The position numbers and the translations under genes were made by a program. Of a stretch of 64,000 bases of DNA, positions 45,813 through 54,664 are shown one piece after another (position 1 is the first letter of the stretch; each line of letters begins with the position of its first letter). The stretch covers positions 210 through 64,209 of the forward strand of contig JAZRJE010000011.1 in assembly GCA_045645645.1 (NCBI GenBank), in the 5' to 3' direction. The DNA is from Candidatus Enterousia sp. Its GTDB lineage: Bacteria > Pseudomonadota > Alphaproteobacteria > Rs-D84. Under the pieces are notes generated by a model. It had not been told where the DNA came from. It ran no database searches and was given only the letters and a program-made list of their open reading frames with translations.

Positions 45813-46982
45813 TTATTTTTCTTCCAATATCGCAATACCTGGCAAAATACGCCCTTCTATAAATTCTAAGAACGCACCACCACCAGTAGACACATACGTA
45901 ATATCATCTTTTACACCACATGCAGTTAATGCTGCAACCGTATCACCACCACCAACAACGCTGTCCAAGTCACCACGACGCGTTTGTTCTGCTATCGCAT
46001 TAGCCAACGCAAAAGATCCATACGACCACACCGGAGACCATTCCGCCATACCAACAGTGCCATTCCAAATCACGGTCTTGGCCATACGTATTTCATGCAC
46101 ATCACGCTCAGTCGTTGCAATACCAGCATCAATAATAATATCATCGTCTTCAATTTGCGAAAAATCTTTGTTACTACGTTCGGCATCACGTTCAAACACC
46201 TTTGCGACCCCTTTATCCAGTGGCAACAACATACGACAATTATTATCACGTGCATAATCCAGAATTTCTAAAGCTGTTTCACGCTGATCTGCTTCATACA
46301 ACGAATTTCCAACACGATCACCAAGCGCATAATTAAATGTTGTACCCAGCGCACCACCAACAATCATAGCATCAGACAATTTCGCCAACGCTTTTAACAC
46401 ACCAATTTTTGTTGAAATCTTGCTGCCCGCAACAATAGACAATAATGGACGCTTTGGATTTTTCATAACAGCACTAAGACAAGAAATTTCAGACGCTAAC
46501 AAATCCCCCGCATACGACGGCAATATTTCTGCAACCCCAACAGTACTGGCATGCGCACGATGAGATACCGCAAAAGCATCATTTACAAACACATCAAAAC
46601 CACGCGCCAATTCCGTTGCAAATGCAATATCATTTTTTTCTTCGCCAGAATAAAAACGAACATTCTCAAGCAAGACCACGTCACCATCATGCATATCGAC
46701 CATAAAATCTTTGTCCAGACAATCTGAAATCAGTCGCACCCCCAGATACTGCGCAACAGGCAACAACGAATACGTCATATTTCTTTCGCCTTTTGGGCGT
46801 CCTAAATGCGCACAAATTGCAATACGTGCGCCCATTTGACGCAACTTGTTAATCGTTGGCATACTTTGTTCGATACGAAAACCATCTGTTATTTGCCCAT
46901 CTACAATCTGAACATTAAAGTCGTCACGCAATAACACATATTTTCCACGCAAATCCAATCCATCAATCGTGCGAAGTTTCAT
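45813..46982 (-). CDS. pgk: Phosphoglycerate kinase
   Basis: 389 aa. 'LLRDDFNV', 'HLGRPKG', 'GGGDTVAA', 'STGGGAFLEF'. Confidence 0.9.
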   Translation of the reverse strand: MKLRTIDGLDLRGKYVLLRDDFNVQIVDGQITDGFRIEQSMPTINKLRQMGARIAICAHLGRPKGERNMTYSLLPVAQYLGVRLISDCLDKDFMVDMHDGDVVLLENVRFYSGEEKNDIAFATELARGFDVFVNDAFAVSHRAHASTVGVAEILPSYAGDLLASEISCLSAVMKNPKRPLLSIVAGSKISTKIGVLKALAKLSDAMIVGGALGTTFNYALGDRVGNSLYEADQRETALEILDYARDNNCRMLLPLDKGVAKVFERDAERSNKDFSQIEDDDIIIDAGIATTERDVHEIRMAKTVIWNGTVGMAEWSPVWSYGSFALANAIAEQTRRGDLDSVVGGGDTVAALTACGVKDDITYVSTGGGAFLEFIEGRILPGIAILEEK

Positions 46983-47595
46983 TTTTTATCCTTTCTTTTA
47001 CTGGTCCAAAAGACGTTCGGTGATGCACCGTTATACCATATTTTTCAATTGCCTGTAAATGGGTTTTTGTTGGATATCCTGCATTTTTATCCCAGCCATA
47101 TTCAGGATACTGGGCTGATAAATCCGCCATGATTTTATCACGTGTTTCTTTGGCAACGACAGATGCCGCCGCAATCGACAGTGATTTTGCATCCCCCTTG
47201 ACCAGGGGTGCACCCGACACCCCAGACGGCACCCGATTACCGTCAATTAAACACCAATCTGGCACACATCCCAATCCAGACACCGCCCGTTCCATTGCAC
47301 GCATAGACGCCCATAATATGTTAAGCTCATCAATTTCTGCGGGGGAACAAGCCCCAACCGACCATATGGTATTTTTAACAATCCAATCGTAGGCAACCGA
47401 ACGCTGGTGGGCAGTCATCTGTTTTGAATCACGTATAACGACAGGTATTTCAATATCATGATTTGGGAACACAACCGCAGCCGCCACCACTGGCCCACAC
47501 AATGGACCACGCCCTGCCTCATCAACACCAGCGACAACACGAAATCCTGAATCTAATTCTGGTTTAAATGTCGGAATACTTTTCATGTAATACAT
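46963..47595 (-). CDS. rnhB: Ribonuclease HII
   Basis: 'AGVDEAGRGPLCGPVVAAAV', 'DSKQMT', 'SIAAASVVAK'. Confidence 0.9.
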   Translation of the reverse strand: MYYMKSIPTFKPELDSGFRVVAGVDEAGRGPLCGPVVAAAVVFPNHDIEIPVVIRDSKQMTAHQRSVAYDWIVKNTIWSVGACSPAEIDELNILWASMRAMERAVSGLGCVPDWCLIDGNRVPSGVSGAPLVKGDAKSLSIAAASVVAKETRDKIMADLSAQYPEYGWDKNAGYPTKTHLQAIEKYGITVHHRTSFGPVKERIKNETSHD

Positions 47596-47709
47596 ACTAG
47601 CAATTTTTAAAAATAAATAAAAACACTTTTTGTATTGACATTTTTTTATTTTGTACTATGTTATTATGTGACAGGTTGATACTAACACTAATAAAAAAGG
47701 AAGAAAAAA

Positions 47710-48003
47710 ATGAGCAAAAGATTGACAAACAGTGAAGCAAATTTCTATTTAGCAGCAGCTAAATTAAACAAAGCAACATCAATGGTATTGTACTATGTTG
47801 GATTGATTGGCGCACCAGCAATGGGTATTTTTAAGGCCACACAAGCAGATCGATTCTCAGAAGGTGTAGAATGCGTTTTAGCTGGCGGAATTGTTGGCGC
47901 ACTTACAATAGGAGTTGCAGCGGTTTTACGTCAGCAAAATATTCCGCTGTTGCGTGATTATGTAAATGCACGAAACCAGGCTAATAATCAAAAAGCAAAA
48001 TAA
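47710..48003 (+). CDS. Small 2-TM membrane protein (hypothetical)
   Basis: 97 aa with two hydrophobic segments and RBS aaaggaag. Confidence 0.45.
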   Translation: MSKRLTNSEANFYLAAAKLNKATSMVLYYVGLIGAPAMGIFKATQADRFSEGVECVLAGGIVGALTIGVAAVLRQQNIPLLRDYVNARNQANNQKAK

Positions 48004-48260
48004 TGTCCACATACAGTCAAAATTACAATCACAAAAATCCAAATGATTTTAACAATCATGTTTTCTTGTTGGTGTATATTATGCTAAATGGAATATCTGT
48101 GAGCGGTGCATTTGGTACAACCAAAGACATTATTAATGGACAGACAGATAGCGGCAATATTATTGCACTGTTGCTATGGGTGGGGGTCACAGCGCACACC
48201 GCCAAACGTGCAATAGATTTGTACAAAAGAATATATAACAACAAAGACAACCAAAAATAA
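48003..48260 (+). CDS. Small 2-TM membrane protein (hypothetical), translationally coupled to the preceding ORF
   Basis: 85 aa with a TAATG stop/start overlap. Confidence 0.45.
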   Translation: MSTYSQNYNHKNPNDFNNHVFLLVYIMLNGISVSGAFGTTKDIINGQTDSGNIIALLLWVGVTAHTAKRAIDLYKRIYNNKDNQK

Positions 48261-48261
48261 A

Positions 48262-48285
48262 ATTCCCAATCTGGGGATTTTTTAT
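48262..48285 (+). terminator. Weak intrinsic terminator
   Basis: attccc-aatct-ggggat followed by T6. Confidence 0.4.
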
Positions 48286-48773
48286 CTGCTCTTATTGCGA
48301 GCAAAATTTTCCAGCATCCGTATATTACACCGTACATAGTCTGCTACATCGCATAAACACCACTCGCTGGCGGCAGAACAGTACAAATGACTGCAAACAA
48401 AGAACCATTTCGGACTCAATGCATAATAATCTTTTTTCTTTTTATCCCAAACAATAACATTACCATAAACATCAGTGCCATTTATGGAAGCTCTCTCAGT
48501 TTTATAGCGAGCCGTCTTGGCAACAATCATAACAGGTCGCAAATCTTGTAGATCAGAACACCGTTCCCACATTTGCTTAAACTCTGGCATCTTTGATGCA
48601 ACATCCCGCACCCCAGCAACCAACACACCATTATATATTTTTTGATTTATGGCCCCCGTATCTATGTGATACACAACTATCTCTTTATACGACTCTTTTA
48701 ACAGACTTTCCATTTTTTCATGGGTCAATTCAGACTTCTTTTTATTAAATAATCTGGAAAACAAATTTATCAT
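48282..48773 (-). CDS. Hypothetical protein
   Basis: 163-aa ORF downstream of the U32 peptidase gene. No motif recognised. Confidence 0.45.
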   Translation of the reverse strand: MINLFSRLFNKKKSELTHEKMESLLKESYKEIVVYHIDTGAINQKIYNGVLVAGVRDVASKMPEFKQMWERCSDLQDLRPVMIVAKTARYKTERASINGTDVYGNVIVWDKKKKDYYALSPKWFFVCSHLYCSAASEWCLCDVADYVRCNIRMLENFARNKSR

Positions 48774-48781
48774 AACTGCCC

Positions 48782-50029
48782 CTATTTATGCTTGTACGCC
48801 AAAACATACGGCACAATTTTATCGGTCCACGCATCACCAAACCATGCACGCGGTATCAAAATAGTATTACCCATACCTGCCGCCATTTTTGAAACAGATT
48901 CACCATTTTTTGCATTAATCAGTTCTTTTAACGTCACTGAAACCCCGTCAATACGTCCTGGTATAACAAACGTCACAACGTCATCCACATGCGTTTCATT
49001 ACGCAACTCCATCGCAACATGCGTGTCTGTCACATTGACAACAACGCCCGCAGCATGATAATCAGATGTACTGCGTGTCGTTTCATAATTATGCGCATCC
49101 GCAGTCACAGGCCCATCAAAGAATGCAGTTGTATACCCACGTGTTTCTAAACGATTTAATTCAGTCATATATGGTACTGGATTAAAATTATCTGGATTTG
49201 CAGCATACGCATCCATTGCACACCGATATGCATTCACAACCGAACCAACATAGTATTCAGACCGATTGCGCCCCTCAATTTTCAAACTGTCTGGATTTGC
49301 GGCAATAACTTCGTCCAATCGTGGCATCAGGCATAAATCCTTGGAATTCATGATATAAGCACCATGTTCATCCTCATCAATCGGCATTTCAACGCCTGTT
49401 TCTTTTTCGCGCAGAATCACGTCATATTTCCAACGACACAGCTGTGCACACGCCCCACGATTTGCAGGACGACCTGTTATAAAGTTTGATAATAAGCATC
49501 GCCCCGAATAAGACATACACATCGCACCATGCACAAATATTTCAAGCCCTACATCTGGACACGCCGCACGAATTTCTTTAAACTCTTTGTGCGATACTTC
49601 GCGCGCCAGCACACATAATTTTGCCCCTGCATTTTGCCAGAATTTAACAGTCTTAGCAGAACAAATATTTGCCTGGGTTGAAATATGAATTGGAATTTCT
49701 GGAAAATTTTCACGCACCCACATAACAATCCCAGGATCAGACACAATCAGGGCATCTGGCTGTAAATAACGTATAACTTCAGCTACACGTGGCATATTGT
49801 CATATTCAAAATCATGCGCAAACAGATTGAAAGCTAGATAGACTTTCTTGCCAGCAGCATGCGCCAGTTCAATCCCCTGTTTCACACCTTCTACATCTAT
49901 TTTTGCGCGTGCCCGCATAGAAAAGCCTGGCAGTCCAGCATAAATTGCATCTGCACCATATAAAATGGCGGTTTTAAAAGCGTCCAACGTACCCGCTGGC
50001 GCTAAAAGTTCTGGCAGTTTTTTTATCAT
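48782..50029 (-). CDS. Peptidase U32 family protein
   Basis: 415 aa. 'ELLAPAGTLDAFKTAILYGADAIY', 'ISTQANI', 'EIFVHGAMCMSYSGRCLLS'. Confidence 0.85.
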   Translation of the reverse strand: MIKKLPELLAPAGTLDAFKTAILYGADAIYAGLPGFSMRARAKIDVEGVKQGIELAHAAGKKVYLAFNLFAHDFEYDNMPRVAEVIRYLQPDALIVSDPGIVMWVRENFPEIPIHISTQANICSAKTVKFWQNAGAKLCVLAREVSHKEFKEIRAACPDVGLEIFVHGAMCMSYSGRCLLSNFITGRPANRGACAQLCRWKYDVILREKETGVEMPIDEDEHGAYIMNSKDLCLMPRLDEVIAANPDSLKIEGRNRSEYYVGSVVNAYRCAMDAYAANPDNFNPVPYMTELNRLETRGYTTAFFDGPVTADAHNYETTRSTSDYHAAGVVVNVTDTHVAMELRNETHVDDVVTFVIPGRIDGVSVTLKELINAKNGESVSKMAAGMGNTILIPRAWFGDAWTDKIVPYVLAYKHK

Positions 50030-50139
50030 ACCTTATATTCTTAACTGTTATTTTATAAAATCAAGGATTTATTCATAAAGACCTTTAAAAAAAAGGATAA
50101 TTATGATAAAATTCTCATTTAGAAAAAGGAGAAAAGAAT

Positions 50140-50694
50140 ATGGTGTGGAGCATAGTTGCGAAGCAATTCATTAAACAAGGCGCAAAAACTGTAGCCAAAA
50201 AAGGCGGAAAAAAAATTGCTGCCAAGGGCGCCAAAGCCGCTGCAGGTGGAACCTTTATGAAAATATTAGACTACACCGACCCTTTTTACTGGATTGGCCG
50301 CGGTCTTAAAGCATCTAAAAAAACAATTGCCAAGACCGCCAAGAAAAAAGCATTTAAAAAGGCCGCTGCAAAAACAGCAATAATGGGCGGTGCTGGGCTA
50401 ACTTTTGGAAGTGTACTTAGCAGTGTTGGCACAACTATTGCGGCGCCAGAATTTATTATTCCTGCATTATTGGGTGCAACTGTTGGGGCATACGGTTTTT
50501 ATAAAGTAAACACTATATTTGGCAAAAAGAAGAGCTCACACAATGAGGATTCTACACCAAAAACAGTGACAATAAAAAATGAAAAACCTATTGATTTGAA
50601 AGAATTTAAACCAAAACAAATTAAGCAAATAAGGAAATTAACACCTGCACAAATACATGCTTTGCGAGCTAAAGAATATACACACGCAGCGTAA
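50140..50694 (+). CDS. Lys/Ala-rich protein with central hydrophobic Gly-rich segments (hypothetical)
   Basis: 184 aa. 'AKKGGKKIAAKGAKAAAGG', 'KKTIAKTAKKKAFKKAAAK', then 'IMGGAGLTFGSVLSSVGTTIAAPEFIIPALLGATVGAYGF'. Confidence 0.5.
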   Translation: MVWSIVAKQFIKQGAKTVAKKGGKKIAAKGAKAAAGGTFMKILDYTDPFYWIGRGLKASKKTIAKTAKKKAFKKAAAKTAIMGGAGLTFGSVLSSVGTTIAAPEFIIPALLGATVGAYGFYKVNTIFGKKKSSHNEDSTPKTVTIKNEKPIDLKEFKPKQIKQIRKLTPAQIHALRAKEYTHAA

Positions 50695-50756
50695 AAATAA
50701 ACAATGTAATTTTTTACTTGCGTTAAGTTTTTAGATATGTATAATTGTGGGGCATT

Positions 50757-50832
50757 GCCGGTTTAGCTCAGTTGGTAGAGCGGCTGATTTGTAATCAGTA
50801 GGTCGTTGGTTCAAGTCCGACAACCGGCACCA
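50757..50832 (+). tRNA. tRNA-Thr (anticodon UGU), CCA encoded
   Basis: Acceptor stem GCCGGTT/AACCGGC, D-arm TAGCTCAGTTGGTAGAGC, anticodon loop TTTGTAA, T-arm GGTTCAAGTCC, then ACCA. Confidence 0.9.
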
Positions 50833-50833
50833 G
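50788..50833 (+). repeat. attL core: 46-bp direct repeat (3' part of tRNA-Thr)
   Basis: Identical to 62400-62445. Confidence 0.9.
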
Positions 50834-50837
50834 TTTC

Positions 50838-50859
50838 CCGCGGTTTTCCGCGGTTTTTT
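50838..50859 (+). terminator. Island-borne intrinsic terminator now serving the tRNA
   Basis: ccgcgg-tttt-ccgcgg followed by T6. Confidence 0.6.
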
Positions 50860-50920
50860 ATTTGTTTTGAAAACCACCATTTTTTGAAACTTATGGCATT
50901 TTTTTGTGTTTTTTGGAATA

Positions 50921-51023
50921 AAATGTCCCAAATTTGGACCAAAAAAATCCCAATAAAAGCCACAGAAAACTGCAATAAAATCATCGGCGCACTAAAAAAA
51001 TTTTATGGTCCAGTTTTGGTCCA
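50921..51023 (+). repeat. Left-arm repeat set: ATGTCCCAAATTTGGACCA plus ATGGTCCAGTTTTGGTCCA (candidate integrase arm-type sites)
   Basis: TGGACCA at 50935-50941 and TGGTCCA at 51006-51012 and 51017-51023. The same composite motifs are present at 62170-62311. Confidence 0.6.
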
Positions 51024-51262
51024 ACAACTTTTGATTTTTTTGCCCCGACAGTGGTCAAATGTTTTTGTGGCACAGTCATACCACCAACCTGCTTAATCGC
51101 TGACACGAGGCATTTATTGCGCAGAAATACGGCAAAAAAGCATTCTTTTTATACAGGAACTGAATTTTAACCCGATATCCATAGGGGGGGGGTATGGGAT
51201 ACCGCCCCTCTGATTTTATGGCTGTGTTTTTTTACCGCTCTTCAACGGCAGGGAGCGACGAA

Positions 51263-51604
51263 CTATTTTAAGCCATTTCCACAATTTATACAATATTTAG
51301 CATGTTTTTTATTTACTGTTTTGCACTTAGCGCATGTTTTTAAGTGTTTTATATTTGCACCACATTTGGGACAGAACGCATCGTTTTCTTCAACGAACAC
51401 ATGGCATTTCGGACAACGAGGCACAGGTTTATTATCTGAATTAGTTGGCATCAGGCCCCCGCATTCTGAACAATGCAGAGTTGTTTTGCGTGGAATAAAG
51501 AAAACTAATGGCCCAAATATAAGTGCAAACAATATGGCACGCCCCAAACCCGTCCGCGGTTCTACAATGGTTTCTTTTTTACATTTATCGCAATACGCCC
51601 GCAT
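51263..51604 (-). CDS. Multi-zinc-ribbon protein with an internal TM segment
   Basis: 113 aa. CxxC pairs 'CDKCKK', 'CSECGG', 'CPKCH', 'CPKCG', 'CAKCK', 'CINCG'. Hydrophobic 'AILFALIFGPLVFFI'. Its start lies 14 nt after the hsdR stop. Confidence 0.6.
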   Translation of the reverse strand: MRAYCDKCKKETIVEPRTGLGRAILFALIFGPLVFFIPRKTTLHCSECGGLMPTNSDNKPVPRCPKCHVFVEENDAFCPKCGANIKHLKTCAKCKTVNKKHAKYCINCGNGLK

Positions 51605-51618
51605 TTTTATCTCCTTTA

Positions 51619-54600
51619 TTATTCACTAATACTGAAAAAGCGTTCAAAGAATGCCACAATCTTTTCAATCACTGTTTTTTTCTTTTGGGCGCGGTTATTA
51701 TCACGGTCAAACATGGACATTGGTGGCAAGATTTTGCCAATATCTGTGCCACTGGTTTGAACCGCACCATCGCGGAATGCATTTTGAACAAACTTGTATG
51801 TTTCTTCACGGTTCAAGTTTTCTTCGGCAATTATACGGTCCAGTTCTGCGGCCTTGGCACTGTTAACAAATTTAACCCAATCACGGTCAACAATGGTGTC
51901 AGGTGTTAAAGATGCCACGAACTGCATAATCAGGTCTTTTTTATTACGCAATTCAACACTGGAATCCACCGCCTTTTGGATTGTTATCAAAATTTCTTTG
52001 TCATTCATGTGTGATTCATGATAACGCGCAATCAAGGACAGGATATAGTCAATGTTAACGTCCACGGACTTTATCAATTCCATTTCAAAGACCACATCGT
52101 CCTTTACATTTTCTGCGGTGCCATGCGTTGGGCGCATTTCTGCATACAGACCGATATACATACTTTGGTAATCTTGGAATTGGCGCGGACTTAATATTTC
52201 ATTGCCAGCAAATTCATCAAATGAATGCAAAATGTTCTTTACGCGCAATATTGCACCGAACAGACGCACAAATTCTTTCTTGTCGCTTTCAGACGCCAAC
52301 ACAATGCCCGCTTGGAATTTATCAGTTAATTCACTTATCAGTTCGGCATAACCCGCCACATGCTTGCCGTTCTTTTCATAACCGTTATAATATTCATCAT
52401 AAGTTTTCAGCAATACCAAACCAGCCGCATCTTTGTCGCCAAACAAGGCAATACTTTCATTTGTTGCGTTTTCCAAGTTGCGGAAACATACAATATTGCC
52501 ATGCGTTTTAACAGCATTCAAAATACGGTTAGTGCGTGAAAAGGCCTGCAATAAACCATGTTGGCGCAGGTTCTTGTCCACCCACAGTGTGTTTAATGTT
52601 GTGGCATCAAAACCAGTCAGAAACATATTGACCACGATAACCATGTCCAATTCACGGTTTTTAATACGCAACGACAGGTCTTTGTAATAGTTTGGGAATT
52701 TGGCAGCACTGGTATCAAATGCGGTTCCAAACATTGCATTATAGTCCGCAATGGCCATATCCAAGAAATCACGCGAACTGGCATCCAAACCACTGGTGTC
52801 ATCACTGTTTTCATCCAGAACACCATCCTCTTCATTTACGCCAAAACTGTAAATGGTCGCAATCTTTATTTGTTTGTCCGATGGCAGGTCCGCCATTTGG
52901 CGCTTGAATTCGTTATAATACAGTTTTGCGGCATCAATACTGGACACAGCGAACATGGAATTAAAGCCCGCCAGACGGCGTTCTTTTACCTTGTAAAAGG
53001 TATTGCGCATGGTCTTTTGGTCAAAGTGTTCCAAAATATACTTTGTTATGCGACTAATGCGTTCAGGGGCCAATAATATACCCTCGCGGTCAATGTCGGC
53101 AACCTGCTTGTCGTCAATATCTTCTGCAACGCGCAGGGTTGAAACATAATCAATTTTGAACGGCAGAACATTCTTGTCACGAATGGCGTCCACAATGGTA
53201 TAAGTGTGCAACTTTTGCCCGAACGCCTGTTCTGTGGTTTTCAGGTCTGGTTTACCGCCACCCTGGGCATTGGCTGCAAAGATTGGTGTGCCTGTAAAGC
53301 CAAACAGGTGATATTTCTTGAACGACTTTGTTATAGCACTGTGCATTTCACCAAATTGGGAACGGTGGCATTCATCGAATATCAAAACCACATGTTGGTC
53401 AAACACAGGGTGGTCACGATGCTTTTTAATGAAAGTCGACAGTTTTTGAATGGTGGTTATAATAATTCGCGCACTGGATTCTGGACGCAACTGGCGTTCC
53501 AATACGGCAGTGCTGGTATTGCTGTTGGCGGCACCTTTTTGGAAACGGTCATATTCCAACATTGTTTGATAGTCCAAGTCCTTGCGGTCAACCACAAACA
53601 AAACCTTGTCTATGTCGGTGCGTGCGCTGGCCAATTGGGCGGTTTTGAAACTGGTTAATGTTTTGCCCGAACCCGTGGTGTGCCAAATATAACCACCACC
53701 GTCAACGGTTCCCCATTTCTTATAGTTATTTGCAATTTGTATTTTGTTCAATATGCGTTCGGTGGCCACAATTTGGTATGGGCGCATAACCAGCAATTGT
53801 TGGTCCGCATTAAATACACAATACTTGGTTAAAACATTCAAAATACTGTGGCGCGCCAAGAATGTTTTTGCAAAGTCCATCAGGTCTGTGATTGGCATAT
53901 TGTTGGCGTCCGCCCACCATGATGTGAATTCAAAACTGTTGCTGGTGCGTTTGCCTGCCTTGGGGCCACGATTGGCATTTTCGTTTATGTGTGAAATGCG
54001 GGTGGTGTTACTGTAATACTTGGTATATGTGCCATTTGAAATAACGAAAATCTGAACATATTCATACAGACCAGAACCCGCCCAGAAACTGTCACGCTGA
54101 TAACGGTTTATTTGGTTAAAGGCCTCTTTGATATCAACGCCACGGCGTTTTAATTCCACATGAACCATTGGAATACCATTAACCAATATGGTCACATCAT
54201 AACGATTTTCATGCACGCCTGCATCGGTTTCATATTGGTTTATAACCTGCAAGGTGTTATTGTGAATGTTTTCTTTGTCAATCAGGTAAATATTTTTAAC
54301 TGTCCCGTTGTCACGGGTTAACAACTGAATATGGTCTTCTTGGATAATGCGTGTTTTTTCACGAATGCCATTTGATTGGTTGGCAATATTTTGGGCAAAG
54401 AACCGATCCCATTCCGCATCGGTAAAGGTATATTTATTTAATTTTTCCAACTGTTGGCGCAGGTTGGCAATCAATTCGGATTCAGTGTGAATTTTTACAG
54501 GTTCATACCCCTGGGCCCCAAGTTGTTTTATGAATGCCTGTTCTAATGCGGCCTCGGACTGATAGCGTGTTGCGCTGGTGTCACCTGCGTTATATTCTGC

Positions 54601-54648
54601 GACAACCGTGCCTTGGACATTTTGTGCAACAACATCGTATTTAACCAT
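51619..54648 (-). CDS. hsdR: Type I restriction enzyme R subunit
   Basis: 1009 aa. 'WHTTGSGKTLTSF' (motif I), 'LIFDECHRSQ' (DEAH motif II), 'FTGTPIF', 'QAFSRTNR'. Confidence 0.9.
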   Translation of the reverse strand: MVKYDVVAQNVQGTVVAEYNAGDTSATRYQSEAALEQAFIKQLGAQGYEPVKIHTESELIANLRQQLEKLNKYTFTDAEWDRFFAQNIANQSNGIREKTRIIQEDHIQLLTRDNGTVKNIYLIDKENIHNNTLQVINQYETDAGVHENRYDVTILVNGIPMVHVELKRRGVDIKEAFNQINRYQRDSFWAGSGLYEYVQIFVISNGTYTKYYSNTTRISHINENANRGPKAGKRTSNSFEFTSWWADANNMPITDLMDFAKTFLARHSILNVLTKYCVFNADQQLLVMRPYQIVATERILNKIQIANNYKKWGTVDGGGYIWHTTGSGKTLTSFKTAQLASARTDIDKVLFVVDRKDLDYQTMLEYDRFQKGAANSNTSTAVLERQLRPESSARIIITTIQKLSTFIKKHRDHPVFDQHVVLIFDECHRSQFGEMHSAITKSFKKYHLFGFTGTPIFAANAQGGGKPDLKTTEQAFGQKLHTYTIVDAIRDKNVLPFKIDYVSTLRVAEDIDDKQVADIDREGILLAPERISRITKYILEHFDQKTMRNTFYKVKERRLAGFNSMFAVSSIDAAKLYYNEFKRQMADLPSDKQIKIATIYSFGVNEEDGVLDENSDDTSGLDASSRDFLDMAIADYNAMFGTAFDTSAAKFPNYYKDLSLRIKNRELDMVIVVNMFLTGFDATTLNTLWVDKNLRQHGLLQAFSRTNRILNAVKTHGNIVCFRNLENATNESIALFGDKDAAGLVLLKTYDEYYNGYEKNGKHVAGYAELISELTDKFQAGIVLASESDKKEFVRLFGAILRVKNILHSFDEFAGNEILSPRQFQDYQSMYIGLYAEMRPTHGTAENVKDDVVFEMELIKSVDVNIDYILSLIARYHESHMNDKEILITIQKAVDSSVELRNKKDLIMQFVASLTPDTIVDRDWVKFVNSAKAAELDRIIAEENLNREETYKFVQNAFRDGAVQTSGTDIGKILPPMSMFDRDNNRAQKKKTVIEKIVAFFERFFSISE

Positions 54649-54664
54649 TTTTCACCCCTGTATT

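Noticed and set aside
51150-51262. G9 tract and short palindromes (51185-51210) downstream of the zinc-ribbon gene as a possible regulatory or phase-variable element
   Set aside because: The region is non-coding with no adjacent start codon or promoter that the tract could gate. I noted it but could not support it.
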